DNA of 64,000 nt from a bacterium. GTDB lineage: Bacteria; Patescibacteriota; Microgenomatia; Woykebacterales; RBG-16-39-9b. Numbering within the stretch: position 1 is the stretch's first letter; each line of letters begins with the position of its first letter. This document shows positions 55,432-64,000 of this stretch, in pieces. A program made the translations under genes and the position numbers. Below the pieces are notes generated by a model. The model made no database searches and had not been told where the DNA came from. It saw only the letters and a list, made by a program, of their open reading frames with translations. Location: positions 64,163 to 128,162 of the forward strand of contig JAUYID010000009.1 in NCBI GenBank assembly GCA_030704665.1, given 5' to 3'.

Positions 55432-56304
55432 TTAGAGTTCGTCAAGTTTGATCGGTTCTTCGAGTCTTCCTTGAATTAAATTCAAATATTTCTCGGTAGT
55501 TGCTAATCTTTTGTGGCCAGCGAGCTTGCTGACGAGAACCAGAGAAGTGCCAGCCATGAGGTGATGGGCGACAAAAGTGTGGCGCAGATCATTCACTTTA
55601 GCGTCTTTAATGCCAGCAAGTTTGAAGTAGCGGTCGATTGCAGTTCGAATATTGCGCACAAGTAAGGGGCGACCGGTTTTGGTAACAAACAAAGTTTCAT
55701 CTTTGGTATTGGGTCGAATTTCCAAATACTTTTTTAGAGAAACTTCAGCAGCTTTGTTCAAAGGGACAGTCCTTTCTGGGTAACTTTCTCCCGCCGGAAC
55801 GTGAATTTCCCCTATCTTTGAGTTTTCAGAAAAGTGCAGATCGTCCATCTTTAGTTTCGCGAGCTCCCCAATTCGAATTCCAGTTTGCAAGAGAACCTCA
55901 ATGATGGCACTGATACGAATATCAGCCCGAGCCGCGTCTCGCAGCGCGCGGTACTCCATTTTGGAAAGAATTCTCGGTGGTTTCATTTCAAATTTGGGGT
56001 GTTCAAGTAGGGAAGCGGGGTCATCGGTCAAAACATCGGTGACTTTGAGAAAACGGAAGAAAGTCTTGGTTGAGTTGGTTTTTCGAGAAATACTTTTTGG
56101 AGTGTAGCCTTCCTTGGAAAGTTTGGCCATGAAAGCGCGCAGATCTTTGGTATCAATACCTTCAATTTCAGCTTTTTTTAAGCTAGCAAGAAAATTTACC
56201 AGCTGTTCAATATCTTTCCCATAGGCCAAAACAGTCGCACTGCTGCGACCTTGACTCTTTAAATGGTCAACAAATTTGGCATGGGCTTCGTGGAGTTTTG
56301 TCAT
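55432..56304 (-). CDS. XerC/XerD-like tyrosine recombinase
   Basis: SAM-like N-terminus, TGIRIGEL, DLRHTF and AGH...TTEKY; the first His of HxxR is replaced by Asn. Confidence 0.88.
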   Translation of the reverse strand: MTKLHEAHAKFVDHLKSQGRSSATVLAYGKDIEQLVNFLASLKKAEIEGIDTKDLRAFMAKLSKEGYTPKSISRKTNSTKTFFRFLKVTDVLTDDPASLLEHPKFEMKPPRILSKMEYRALRDAARADIRISAIIEVLLQTGIRIGELAKLKMDDLHFSENSKIGEIHVPAGESYPERTVPLNKAAEVSLKKYLEIRPNTKDETLFVTKTGRPLLVRNIRTAIDRYFKLAGIKDAKVNDLRHTFVAHHLMAGTSLVLVSKLAGHKRLATTEKYLNLIQGRLEEPIKLDEL

Positions 56305-56635
56305 ATTTCTAGCAGTCTATTTGAATTGTACCAATTTGGAATAGCACCTGTCAAGAGACTATAGGGTACTTGCTGGAAGCAAGTTCCCTGCGAAAGCTAA
56401 AGCTTTCTTAGGTCACTAGGGGTAATGTCCTACCGTAAATCAGATGCTGCCTAATCTGCGCTCAAGCATAGTCTGACGACTATTTGCTTGATCTTAGGGT
56501 TTCTAAGAAACAAACCACCGAAAATCCTTGATAGCAACTTCGTCAACAGTTTTAAGTTATAAGGGCGCAAAGCATATGTAGCCATAACCTAGAGTTTGGG
56601 TCAGATTGTTAGCTTTGTCTTGGTATAATTAGAAA

Positions 56636-56974
56636 GTGAAGAAAACTGCCCAACTCATTTTTGTGCTCGTGCTTCTTCTTACCAGCTTTTCCCTGCTTCG
56701 CAGTGTCGTTGCTTCCTATCAAAAAATGGGAAGTTTGAACTCAACTCAGAAACAAATAAACGCCTTGCGGGACGAAAAGGAGAGACTAAAGGCAGAGAAA
56801 GAGTATCGGCAAACACCCTTTTATATTGAAAAAACAGCTCGGGATAGTCTCGGTCTAGGAAAAAACGGGGAAACTGTTTTGGTTTTGACACAACCGGCAA
56901 CAAGTTCTGCCTTGACGAAAAGTAAAATACCTCAGTCCAACTTGGAGGCTTGGTTCGATCTTTTCTTCAACTAA
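56636..56974 (+). CDS. ftsB: Septum formation initiator (FtsB/DivIC family)
   Basis: TM, coiled coil, IEKTARDSLGLGKNGE. Confidence 0.8.
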   Translation: MKKTAQLIFVLVLLLTSFSLLRSVVASYQKMGSLNSTQKQINALRDEKERLKAEKEYRQTPFYIEKTARDSLGLGKNGETVLVLTQPATSSALTKSKIPQSNLEAWFDLFFN

Positions 56975-57028
56975 GAAAAAATTTGACTCTTCAAAGCTAA
57001 AATGGTAGAGTACGAACACTTAGTTCAC

Positions 57029-57103
57029 CGCGGGTGGGGGGTATAGCATCCCGCGAGGCTCATAATCTCGCTTAAGCCGGTGCGAATCCGGCACCCGCAA
57101 CCA
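57029..57103 (+). tRNA. Initiator tRNA-fMet(CAT), non-canonical
   Basis: C1:A72 mismatch, CTCATAA loop, CCGGCACCCGCAACCA end. Confidence 0.85.
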
Positions 57104-57105
57104 AT

Positions 57106-57134
57106 ACAAACCGTTCCCTAAAGGAGCGGTTTGT
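57106..57134. terminator. Hairpin between convergent tRNAs
   Basis: ACAAACCGTTCC-CTAAA-GGAGCGGTTTGT. Confidence 0.6.
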
Positions 57135-57160
57135 GCGTTTCAGAGTTGTGGGTTGGAAAT

Positions 57161-57235
57161 TGGTGGCTGCGGCTGGATTTGAACCAGCGACCAACGGCTT
57201 ATGAGTCCGCTGCTCTACCACTGAGCTACGCAGCC
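57161..57235 (-). tRNA. tRNA with CAT anticodon, probably elongator Met
   Basis: GGCTGCG/CGCAGCC acceptor stem (Met-like; lacks the C4:G69/C5:G68 pairs used by E. coli TilS); CTCATAA loop. Confidence 0.8.
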
Positions 57236-57289
57236 AAATTGATTTTCTGCGGTTTGCATTATATAGTTTAAACTTAATTCAGACAAGTT

Positions 57290-57616
57290 ATGAGTGAAAT
57301 TTCTTTTGAAGAATTTCAAAAACTAGATTTAAAAGTTGGCAAAGTCATTTCCGCCGAACCAATTGAAGGTTCAAGTAAGCTGCTTAAGCTCAAAGTAGAT
57401 TTTGGCCTTGAAAACAGACAAATCCTTTCGGGGATTGCGGAGTTTTACAAACCAGAAGAACTGATCAACAAAAATTTTGTTTTCATCACCAATCTTGAGT
57501 CTCGCAAGATGATGGGTCTGCAAAGCCAGGGGATGATTCTTTGCGCTGATGTCGCTGGAAGAGCAGTTTGTTTATCCCCGGTGGATAATGTCCCTGCTGG
57601 GACTCCGATTCACTAG
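57290..57616 (+). CDS. tRNA-binding OB domain (MetRS C-terminal/Trbp111/CsaA family)
   Basis: ISFEEFQKLDLKVG, RQILSGI and NLESRKMMGLQSQGMIL motifs. Confidence 0.88.
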   Translation: MSEISFEEFQKLDLKVGKVISAEPIEGSSKLLKLKVDFGLENRQILSGIAEFYKPEELINKNFVFITNLESRKMMGLQSQGMILCADVAGRAVCLSPVDNVPAGTPIH

Positions 57617-57987
57617 CAATTTGGGTTTGCAGACTGGTTTAAAGAAAAGTTATCCCCGTTTTTGAGAACTGTATTTTCATTTCCAGTCTTGATAATTACT
57701 GAGTTAGGACTACAAAAAGCGTACTGAAAAGTAGTTAAATCCAGCCCAGCTGAGTCAATTTCTTTTAAGGTTTGGGGGTAGACGCCGTTTTCGGAAAAGT
57801 AAAGATTAAGTTTGGTAGCCAAAATTTTTAAATTAGCTTTGTTTTTGATAGAAATAGCAGTCGCAACTGTTTCTTTCGCCCCACCTGCTTTGCTAGTTTG
57901 ACCCAGTTGGTTAGTAGCTAAGAACGCAATTAAAACCACCCCAACAAGCAGACTGAATATTCCTAAGACAGCAAGAGCCCTCATCAC
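57613..57987 (-). CDS. Hypothetical pseudopilin-like membrane protein
   Basis: N-terminal hydrophobic helix; LNLYFSENGVYPQTL resembles a GspG-like motif. Confidence 0.5.
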   Translation of the reverse strand: MMRALAVLGIFSLLVGVVLIAFLATNQLGQTSKAGGAKETVATAISIKNKANLKILATKLNLYFSENGVYPQTLKEIDSAGLDLTTFQYAFCSPNSVIIKTGNENTVLKNGDNFSLNQSANPNC

Positions 57988-58006
57988 AATTATTATAGCG
58001 CTGATT

Positions 58007-58183
58007 TGACAAAAATTCTTAGCTTTGCTAGAGTCTTTCTCACAATGATGACAAACTTAAACCATTATTGGCCAGACTCTTCCAACTAAGTTGGCGGTTT
58101 TGTTGTGCCTTGGTTTAAGTTTCTTCTAAAATAATTTTCCAAAACAAAGACATTACAAAATTCGCTAACAGGCGAATTTTTTG
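58007..58183 (+). promoter_or_regulatory. Promoter, leader peptide (58045-58089, MMTNLNHYWPDSSN) and terminator: candidate Trp attenuator
   Basis: TTGACA-16-TAGAGT; alternative pairings; AAAATTCGC-TAACAG-GCGAATTTTTT terminator; trpS lies downstream. Confidence 0.55.
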
Positions 58184-58318
58184 ATGGCCAAAAGGTTATC
58201 AACAGTTTGAAAGGTAGAGAGAATGTGTGACTGCATTGGTCCACGCTTCGATCCGTAGGTTTTCAGGGAGACGTCCCTGTTTTCCGAAGCAGATCTTGAA
58301 AGGAAAGGAGGTGATAGC

Positions 58319-58408
58319 ATGGAAAAGCGACCGTACAGCCACGGCCGCGCCTCGTGGGGTCCGCACAGCTACGGCAGTGCACCCTGGGCCCTGCATTGCA
58401 ACCGGTAA
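58319..58408 (+). CDS. Unannotated 29 aa peptide MEKRPYSHGRASWGPHSYGSAPWALHCNR
   Basis: Very strong SD AAGGAGGTGA upstream of ATG; hairpins downstream. Confidence 0.5.
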   Translation: MEKRPYSHGRASWGPHSYGSAPWALHCNR

Positions 58409-58671
58409 GATGAGATGAGGCCAAAAACGCACGGGCGACTTGCATTCCCGCGAAGGTCAGCTTGTCGCCCGTACGGGTCTCATTCTATCACAGCCGTTGC
58501 AAAGCGAAGAGAGGAGGCTAAACACAAAAAGTTTAACCTCCTCTCAAAGACAAAAAGAGTTTTAGTTGCTATACTTTGTGTAATTCTAGAAATTATACCG
58601 ACCTAAAGGTAGTTTTGAAAAACTAAAAGGTTATTATGTGCGGTCGATATAATGTTCGTTAAACTCACATT

Positions 58672-59661
58672 ATGAAAAGAATTTTGACAGGTGACCGCCC
58701 CACTGGAAAACTACATCTAGGCCACTACGTGGGCTCTCTAAAAAACCGTTTAGCACTTCAGGACGAATACGAAGTGTTTCTTCTTGTAGCGGATTTACAT
58801 TCTCTGACTACAAAAACCGATACCACTGAACTTAAAGAAAATATTAAAAACTTAATTCTTGACCAACTCGCAATCGGAATTGACCCAAACAAGGTTACCT
58901 TTTGTTTGCAAAGTGCGATTCCTGAGGACACAGAGCTTGCAAGTATTTTTTCAATGTTAGTGACAAAAAATCGACTGGAAAGAATTCCAACCTTGAAAGA
59001 TGTTCTTCGTGATTTAAAAATTGAAAACCCTACACTTGGACTTCTTTCCTACCCAGTGCTTATGAGTGCAGATATTTTAATGATAAGAGCGAATGTTGTT
59101 CCAGTAGGCAAGGATCAGGCTAGCCACGTGGAAATAACCCGGGAAATTGCCGAGAGGTTCAACTCTACTTACGGAAAGGTTTTTCCAGTTCCTGAAGCTT
59201 TGATTCCAGAAGGGCTTGGAACTTTACCGGGAATTGATGGAAAAGCAAAAATGAGCAAATCTTTGGGCAACGCGATTTACCTTTCTGACTCTGCTGAAGA
59301 AGTAAAAAAGAAGGTTAACTCAATGTATACAGACCCCAAACGTATCAAGCCTACCGATCCCGGAACAGTCGAAGGCAATCCGGTCTTTATTTATCACGAT
59401 GCCTTCAACTCCAACAAAGAAGAAGTAAACGCTCTAAAAGAGCGCTACCGAGAGGGAAAAGTAGGGGACGTTGAAGTCAAAGAAAAACTGGCTCAAGCTT
59501 TGAACGATTTTCTTGCTCCTATTCGAGACAGACGAGCTGAGTTTGAAAAAGAACCTGAAGTGATTGATGAGATCCTTAAATCGGGAACCGAAAAAGCGAG
59601 AAAAGAAGCTTCAGAAACCTTAAAACTAGTCAAAGAAGCAATGTCTTTACCCAATTTTTAG
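58672..59661 (+). CDS. trpS: Tryptophanyl-tRNA synthetase
   Basis: TGDRPTGKLHLGH, VPVGKDQ and KMSKS motifs. Confidence 0.96.
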   Translation: MKRILTGDRPTGKLHLGHYVGSLKNRLALQDEYEVFLLVADLHSLTTKTDTTELKENIKNLILDQLAIGIDPNKVTFCLQSAIPEDTELASIFSMLVTKNRLERIPTLKDVLRDLKIENPTLGLLSYPVLMSADILMIRANVVPVGKDQASHVEITREIAERFNSTYGKVFPVPEALIPEGLGTLPGIDGKAKMSKSLGNAIYLSDSAEEVKKKVNSMYTDPKRIKPTDPGTVEGNPVFIYHDAFNSNKEEVNALKERYREGKVGDVEVKEKLAQALNDFLAPIRDRRAEFEKEPEVIDEILKSGTEKARKEASETLKLVKEAMSLPNF

Positions 59662-59756
59662 ACCCTCCTAAAAACACTTGGCAATCTTGCCCCCGCAATA
59701 TATAATGCTTCAACGTATCCAGCTTTACAATTATTATTTGAGATCAAATTAAACCA

Positions 59757-61628
59757 ATGTTGGATGAAATAAAAAACAAAAAACCAAAGCCGAATAGTTC
59801 CTGGAAAAACTTGGGAGTCTATTTTCTCATTATCTTGGTGGGAAGTCTGATCATCTACGGGTTCTTTCAACCCAAAGATACAGGAGCGCAAAAAGATCTT
59901 TCCGAAGTGATTAAATTGATCAAAGATGACAAAGAGAAGAAAGTCACCATTGATGGTGACAATATTACCCTTGAGCTCAAGGATGGAAGCAAAGTCCAGA
60001 CCAGAAAAGAAAGGGATCAAAGTTTCATTCAGACGCTGGCTGCGGCTGGGATCAAGCCCCAGGACGTTCCCTTCAATGTCAAAGACAACTCAGCTTCAGA
60101 CACAATCCTCAGTCTTCTAAGTTTATTTTTGCCAGTCATCCTCATCGGAGCTTTCTTTTTCTTTATCATGAGACAAGCTCGAGCTCAGGGAGACAGTTTG
60201 CTGTCTTTTTCTAGATCCAGGGCCAAAACCTTCAATCGCGACAAACCAGGGGTGAAGTTTGCTGACGTGGCTGGGGTTGATGAAGCCAAGCAAGAACTAC
60301 AAGAAGTGGTTGAGTTTCTCAAGACTCCGGAGAAATTCCGTGCTTTAGGAGCCAAAATTCCCAAAGGGGTGCTCCTTATTGGCCCAGCTGGGGTAGGGAA
60401 AACCTTGCTTGCCCGAGCAGTAGCTGGAGAAGCTGGGGTGCCATTCTTTTCAATTGCGGGTAGTGAATTTATGGAAATGCTTGTCGGAGTTGGGGCCAGC
60501 CGAGTACGTGACCTTTTTGAAACGGCCAAAAAAGACGCCCCAGCGATTGTCTTTATTGACGAAGTTGACTCGATTGGTCGGCAGCGTGGTTTGGGTATCG
60601 GTGGCGGCCATGATGAGCGTGAACAAACCTTAAACCAAATTCTCGTTGAAATGGATGGTTTTGAACCCAATGTCAATGTAATTGTCATGGCCGCCACTAA
60701 CCGGCCGGACATGCTTGACCCGGCACTGGTGCGACCAGGCCGTTTCGACCGAAGAGTCGCTCTTGATTTACCAGATATCAAAGGCCGAAAAGCGATTGTT
60801 GATATTTATGCTAAAGGAAAACCAATGGCCAAAGAAGTCGATAGAGAAAGAATTGCTCGCCGTACCGTTGGTTTTTCCGGGGCAGACCTTGAAAATATGC
60901 TAAATGAAGCTGCGATTTTAGCGGCTCGTGAAAACAAGCGAGAAGTTGACAACAAAATTTTGGAAGAAGCAGCCACCAAAGTTCAGCTTGGTCCCCAGCG
61001 TCGTCGTATGACTAGTGATGAAGAAAAAAGGATCACTGCTTATCATGAAGGGGGGCACGCCGTGGTGACGAAACTTCTTCCCCACATGGACCCGGTCCAC
61101 CGAATTTCGATCGTTGCACGTGGGGCAACGGGAGGGCACACGATGATTCCACCAGCAATTGATCGCTACAACGAAACCAGAACTCGGCTTTTGGAAACGA
61201 TTACCTCCTTACTTGGAGGCCGCGCGGCGGAAGATATTGAGTTTAACGACTTCACTGTTGGAGCTTCTTCAGACATTGAAAGGGCGACGGAAATTGCTCG
61301 CCAAATGGTGACCAAATTTGGTATGAGTGACCTCGGACCAATGACTATGGGGACTCAGGGGGAAAACCCTTGGATTGCCCGTGAAGTTGGCGAAGGCAAG
61401 GCTTTGTCTGAAGAGCTGGCGGCCAAGGTTGACGATCGGGTCAAAAAGATTATGGACGAGCAGTTTGTGATAGCTAAAAGATTGCTTAAAGAAAATAAGG
61501 AAAAACTTGATCTTGTTGCGAAAGAATTGATCAAAAAGGAGACGCTTGAAGGTGATGAGTTTGAAGAGCTAATGACCCGCGGGGAGGCTCTTCACCAGGT
61601 GCGGGACAACATCACCAATACCAATTAA
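59757..61628 (+). CDS. ftsH: ATP-dependent zinc metalloprotease
   Basis: Two TM helices, [24 protein letters not shown] and HEGGH motifs. Confidence 0.97.
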   Translation: MLDEIKNKKPKPNSSWKNLGVYFLIILVGSLIIYGFFQPKDTGAQKDLSEVIKLIKDDKEKKVTIDGDNITLELKDGSKVQTRKERDQSFIQTLAAAGIKPQDVPFNVKDNSASDTILSLLSLFLPVILIGAFFFFIMRQARAQGDSLLSFSRSRAKTFNRDKPGVKFADVAGVDEAKQELQEVVEFLKTPEKFRALGAKIPKGVLLIGPAGVGKTLLARAVAGEAGVPFFSIAGSEFMEMLVGVGASRVRDLFETAKKDAPAIVFIDEVDSIGRQRGLGIGGGHDEREQTLNQILVEMDGFEPNVNVIVMAATNRPDMLDPALVRPGRFDRRVALDLPDIKGRKAIVDIYAKGKPMAKEVDRERIARRTVGFSGADLENMLNEAAILAARENKREVDNKILEEAATKVQLGPQRRRMTSDEEKRITAYHEGGHAVVTKLLPHMDPVHRISIVARGATGGHTMIPPAIDRYNETRTRLLETITSLLGGRAAEDIEFNDFTVGASSDIERATEIARQMVTKFGMSDLGPMTMGTQGENPWIAREVGEGKALSEELAAKVDDRVKKIMDEQFVIAKRLLKENKEKLDLVAKELIKKETLEGDEFEELMTRGEALHQVRDNITNTN

Positions 61629-61678
61629 TTTAAAGCTCTTTTCGTCAAAGTAAAATTCAGTTAGAATTCCTTGCAGCT

Positions 61679-63826
61679 ATGTCAAAACTTGTTCTTGTTG
61701 ATGGACACGCTCTCTTTCATCGGGCCTTTCACGCCATGCCGCCCTTAACCACTTCCAAGGGAGAACTGGTCAACGCTGTTTACGGCTTTACAGTTATGCT
61801 TCTCAAAGTCTTGGAAGATATCAAGCCCGAGTACGCCGCAGTGGCTTTTGATACCAAAGCTCCAACCTTTCGCCACACTCAGTTTACGGGCTACAAAGCC
61901 CACCGTATTGCAGCTCCAAGTGAAATGCATGAGCAGTTGCCTCGGGTCAAAGAAGTCGTGAGTCGACTCAATATTCCCATTTTTGTCCTTGAAGGTTACG
62001 AAGCTGACGACATCATCGGTACTCTAGCTTCCCAGGCGGTAGATCAAGAAGTTTTTATTGTGACTGGCGACCGTGACGCCCTGCAGCTAGTTAATACTCA
62101 CGTTAAAACCTACATGCCTGGTAAATCTCTTTCTGACATCATTATCCACGACGGGAGAAGTTTTGAGCAAAAATATGGCTTTAAACCCAAGCAATTGATT
62201 GACTTCAAGGCTTTGGTGGGAGATGCCTCCGACAACATTCCCGGAGTCGCCGGAATCGGAGAAGTCAGCGCCACTAAACTGATTGCCGAGTTTGGCTCAG
62301 TTGAAGAAATTTATAAAAACTTGGAGAAGATTCCTGAAAAAACTAGCAAAAAACTAGCAGAAGGAGCAGAAAGCGCGGTAATGAGTAAACAATTAGCTAC
62401 TATCGATACGGCGGTACCAATTAGACTGGATCTCAACAAATGTCTCTTGCACGACTATGACAAAGCTTCCGCAGTCGAACTTTTTGAAGATCTTGAGTTT
62501 ACTTCTTTGATTAAACGTTTGCCTGGAATCGGAAAAGTCACGCTTAAACCCAAAAACCACGAAGATCAGGGTGAGCTTTTTAATAATGAGGAGTCTGTTG
62601 AGCCTGTGAAAAAAACAGAGACTCAGCTTGATGCAGTTTTGCGGGAGATGGAGGAGTATGGAGTACTGATCGACAAAAGTTACTTGGACAAACTTAGTTC
62701 AGACATCAACGCGGCCATTGCCAAGTTGGAAAAAGGAATTTACTCTTCGGTCGGTCATGAATTCAATCTCAACTCGCCCAAGCAACTCTCGGAAGTTTTG
62801 TTTACTGAGCTTGGTCTGACTTCAACCAAAAAAGGCAAATCACACGCTTCGACTGATGTTGAGACTCTGACAGAACTGCTCGGAGCCCATCCCTGTATTG
62901 AAATGCTTTTGTCCTACCGCGAGCTTTTTAAACTCAAATCTACTTATGTTGACGCCTTACCACCCTTGCTTGATAAAAACAACCGACTACATACCCACTA
63001 CCACACTGACGCGACCAAAACCGGGCGCCTTTCTTCAAACAACCCCAACTTGCAAAATATCCCTGCTAAAGGTGGTTGGGGAATGAAAGTCCGAGCTGCC
63101 TTTGTCGCCCCCAAAGGCTCAAAACTGCTTTCGGCTGATTACAATCAGATCGAGCTGCGGGTCATGGCCCACCTCTCCGGAGATAAGCGCCTCAAAGAAA
63201 TTTTTGCGGCTGGAGAAGATATTCACACTCGTACAGCGGTGGAAATTCTCAACAAAAAACCAGAAGAGGTGAGCAAGGACGATCGGCGGTTGGCCAAAGT
63301 TGTCAATTTCGGCATCATGTATGGCCTTTCACCTTTTGGGCTTTCAAGACAACTTAAAATTGACCGAGACGCGGCCGCTACTATTATAGATAAGTACTTT
63401 GAAGAGTTTCCGGGAGTAAAAGCTTGGCTCGATAAAACCTTGGCGCAAGCTTACGAGAAAGGCTACGTTGAAACTTTAGGAGGTTTTCGTCGCTACCTGA
63501 TTGAGCTTAAGCAAGGTAACCAAAGGGTGCGGGCGGCGGGTGAGAGACAAGCGATTAACTCTCCGGTTCAGGGAACAGCGGCTGACATCATCAAGGCGGC
63601 AATGATCAAAATGGCCTCGAAGCTAAAATCCAAAGAGCTAAAAACGAAAATGATCCTTCAAGTCCACGACGAGCTCGTCTTTGAAGTTCCTGACCAGGAA
63701 ATTGAAACTGTTTACCCGTTGATCAAAGAGACGATGGAGAAAACCTTTAAACTAGATGTTCCCATTGTTATAGAAGCCAAGATTGGTCAAAACTGGGGCG
63801 AGATGAACGTTTTTCGTTTCGACTAA
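61679..63826 (+). CDS. polA: DNA polymerase I (5'-3' exonuclease plus polymerase; 3'-5' exonuclease domain largely absent)
   Basis: LVDG, EADD, DNIPGV, TGRLSS, DYNQIELR and QVHDELV motifs. Confidence 0.96.
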   Translation: MSKLVLVDGHALFHRAFHAMPPLTTSKGELVNAVYGFTVMLLKVLEDIKPEYAAVAFDTKAPTFRHTQFTGYKAHRIAAPSEMHEQLPRVKEVVSRLNIPIFVLEGYEADDIIGTLASQAVDQEVFIVTGDRDALQLVNTHVKTYMPGKSLSDIIIHDGRSFEQKYGFKPKQLIDFKALVGDASDNIPGVAGIGEVSATKLIAEFGSVEEIYKNLEKIPEKTSKKLAEGAESAVMSKQLATIDTAVPIRLDLNKCLLHDYDKASAVELFEDLEFTSLIKRLPGIGKVTLKPKNHEDQGELFNNEESVEPVKKTETQLDAVLREMEEYGVLIDKSYLDKLSSDINAAIAKLEKGIYSSVGHEFNLNSPKQLSEVLFTELGLTSTKKGKSHASTDVETLTELLGAHPCIEMLLSYRELFKLKSTYVDALPPLLDKNNRLHTHYHTDATKTGRLSSNNPNLQNIPAKGGWGMKVRAAFVAPKGSKLLSADYNQIELRVMAHLSGDKRLKEIFAAGEDIHTRTAVEILNKKPEEVSKDDRRLAKVVNFGIMYGLSPFGLSRQLKIDRDAAATIIDKYFEEFPGVKAWLDKTLAQAYEKGYVETLGGFRRYLIELKQGNQRVRAAGERQAINSPVQGTAADIIKAAMIKMASKLKSKELKTKMILQVHDELVFEVPDQEIETVYPLIKETMEKTFKLDVPIVIEAKIGQNWGEMNVFRFD

Positions 63827-63999
63827 AGATTGTCTTTGGAAATTGTGAGCCAAGCCACCACCCCAAAAATATTCAAGCTCGTGACCAAAAGAAAGATTGC
63901 CAGACCGAAACTGAGCTGAGTATTTTGCTTGCTTTGAGCCGAAAGAACTTGGCCCAAGTCGCCGGTGTAAGTCTTCCAAATTGTTCCCGCCGAAGAAGT
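63823..63999 (-). CDS. 3' end of a C-terminally membrane-anchored protein (truncated by the window edge)
   Basis: Open frame ...GQVLSAQSKQNTQLSFGLAIFLLVTSLNIFGVVAWLTISKDNL*. Confidence 0.5.
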   Translation of the reverse strand, partial: TSSAGTIWKTYTGDLGQVLSAQSKQNTQLSFGLAIFLLVTSLNIFGVVAWLTISKDNL

Positions 64000-64000
64000 G

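Noticed and set aside
54482-56304. Prophage or integrative element defined by the recombinase and xis-like genes
   Set aside because: No att repeat of the tRNA was found beyond the recombinase and there are no phage genes; the recombinase looks like a chromosomal Xer. It is kept only as a low-confidence neighbourhood note.
56360-56595. RNase P RNA, SRP RNA or 6S RNA
   Set aside because: Lacks the GAGGAAAGTCC P4 motif, the SRP GGAA domain IV motif and the long 6S rod on either strand, as far as I can see
58190-58670. T-box riboswitch upstream of trpS
   Set aside because: No AGGTGGTACCGCG-like T-box consensus or specifier stem was seen

Overview
This is a compact, gene-dense bacterial chromosome segment. 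Its gene families (VirB2/TrbC-like 'T4SS pilin' paralog array, short RpoD and PolA, many apparently leaderless genes) point to a Patescibacteria/CPR, probably Microgenomates-like, genome; that assignment is inference. Core genes include smpB-tmRNA, comF, dnaG-rpoD, a SUF Fe-S cluster operon, a xerC/D-like recombinase, ftsB, trpS, ftsH and polA, plus 10 intact tRNA genes. An ~11 kb serine-recombinase defence island (type III R-M plus an OLD-family nuclease) sits in the 3' end of tRNA-Asn. The most striking feature is at 54032-54404: a 'Russian-doll' tRNA locus. An intact tRNA-Ile(UAU) lies inside the anticodon loop of a second, split tRNA-Ile, which lies inside the anticodon loop of a third tRNA-like shell. 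The three layers share identical D and T arms, but each has its own fully compensated acceptor stem. Other items worth checking are a GIY-YIG/palindrome cassette with a duplicated tRNA 5' end, pseudoknotted leaders in the island, a probable Trp attenuator plus an unannotated peptide upstream of trpS, and GC-rich solo genes including a sortase and an LPxAG substrate. All calls come from reading the sequence by eye; no database searches were run.
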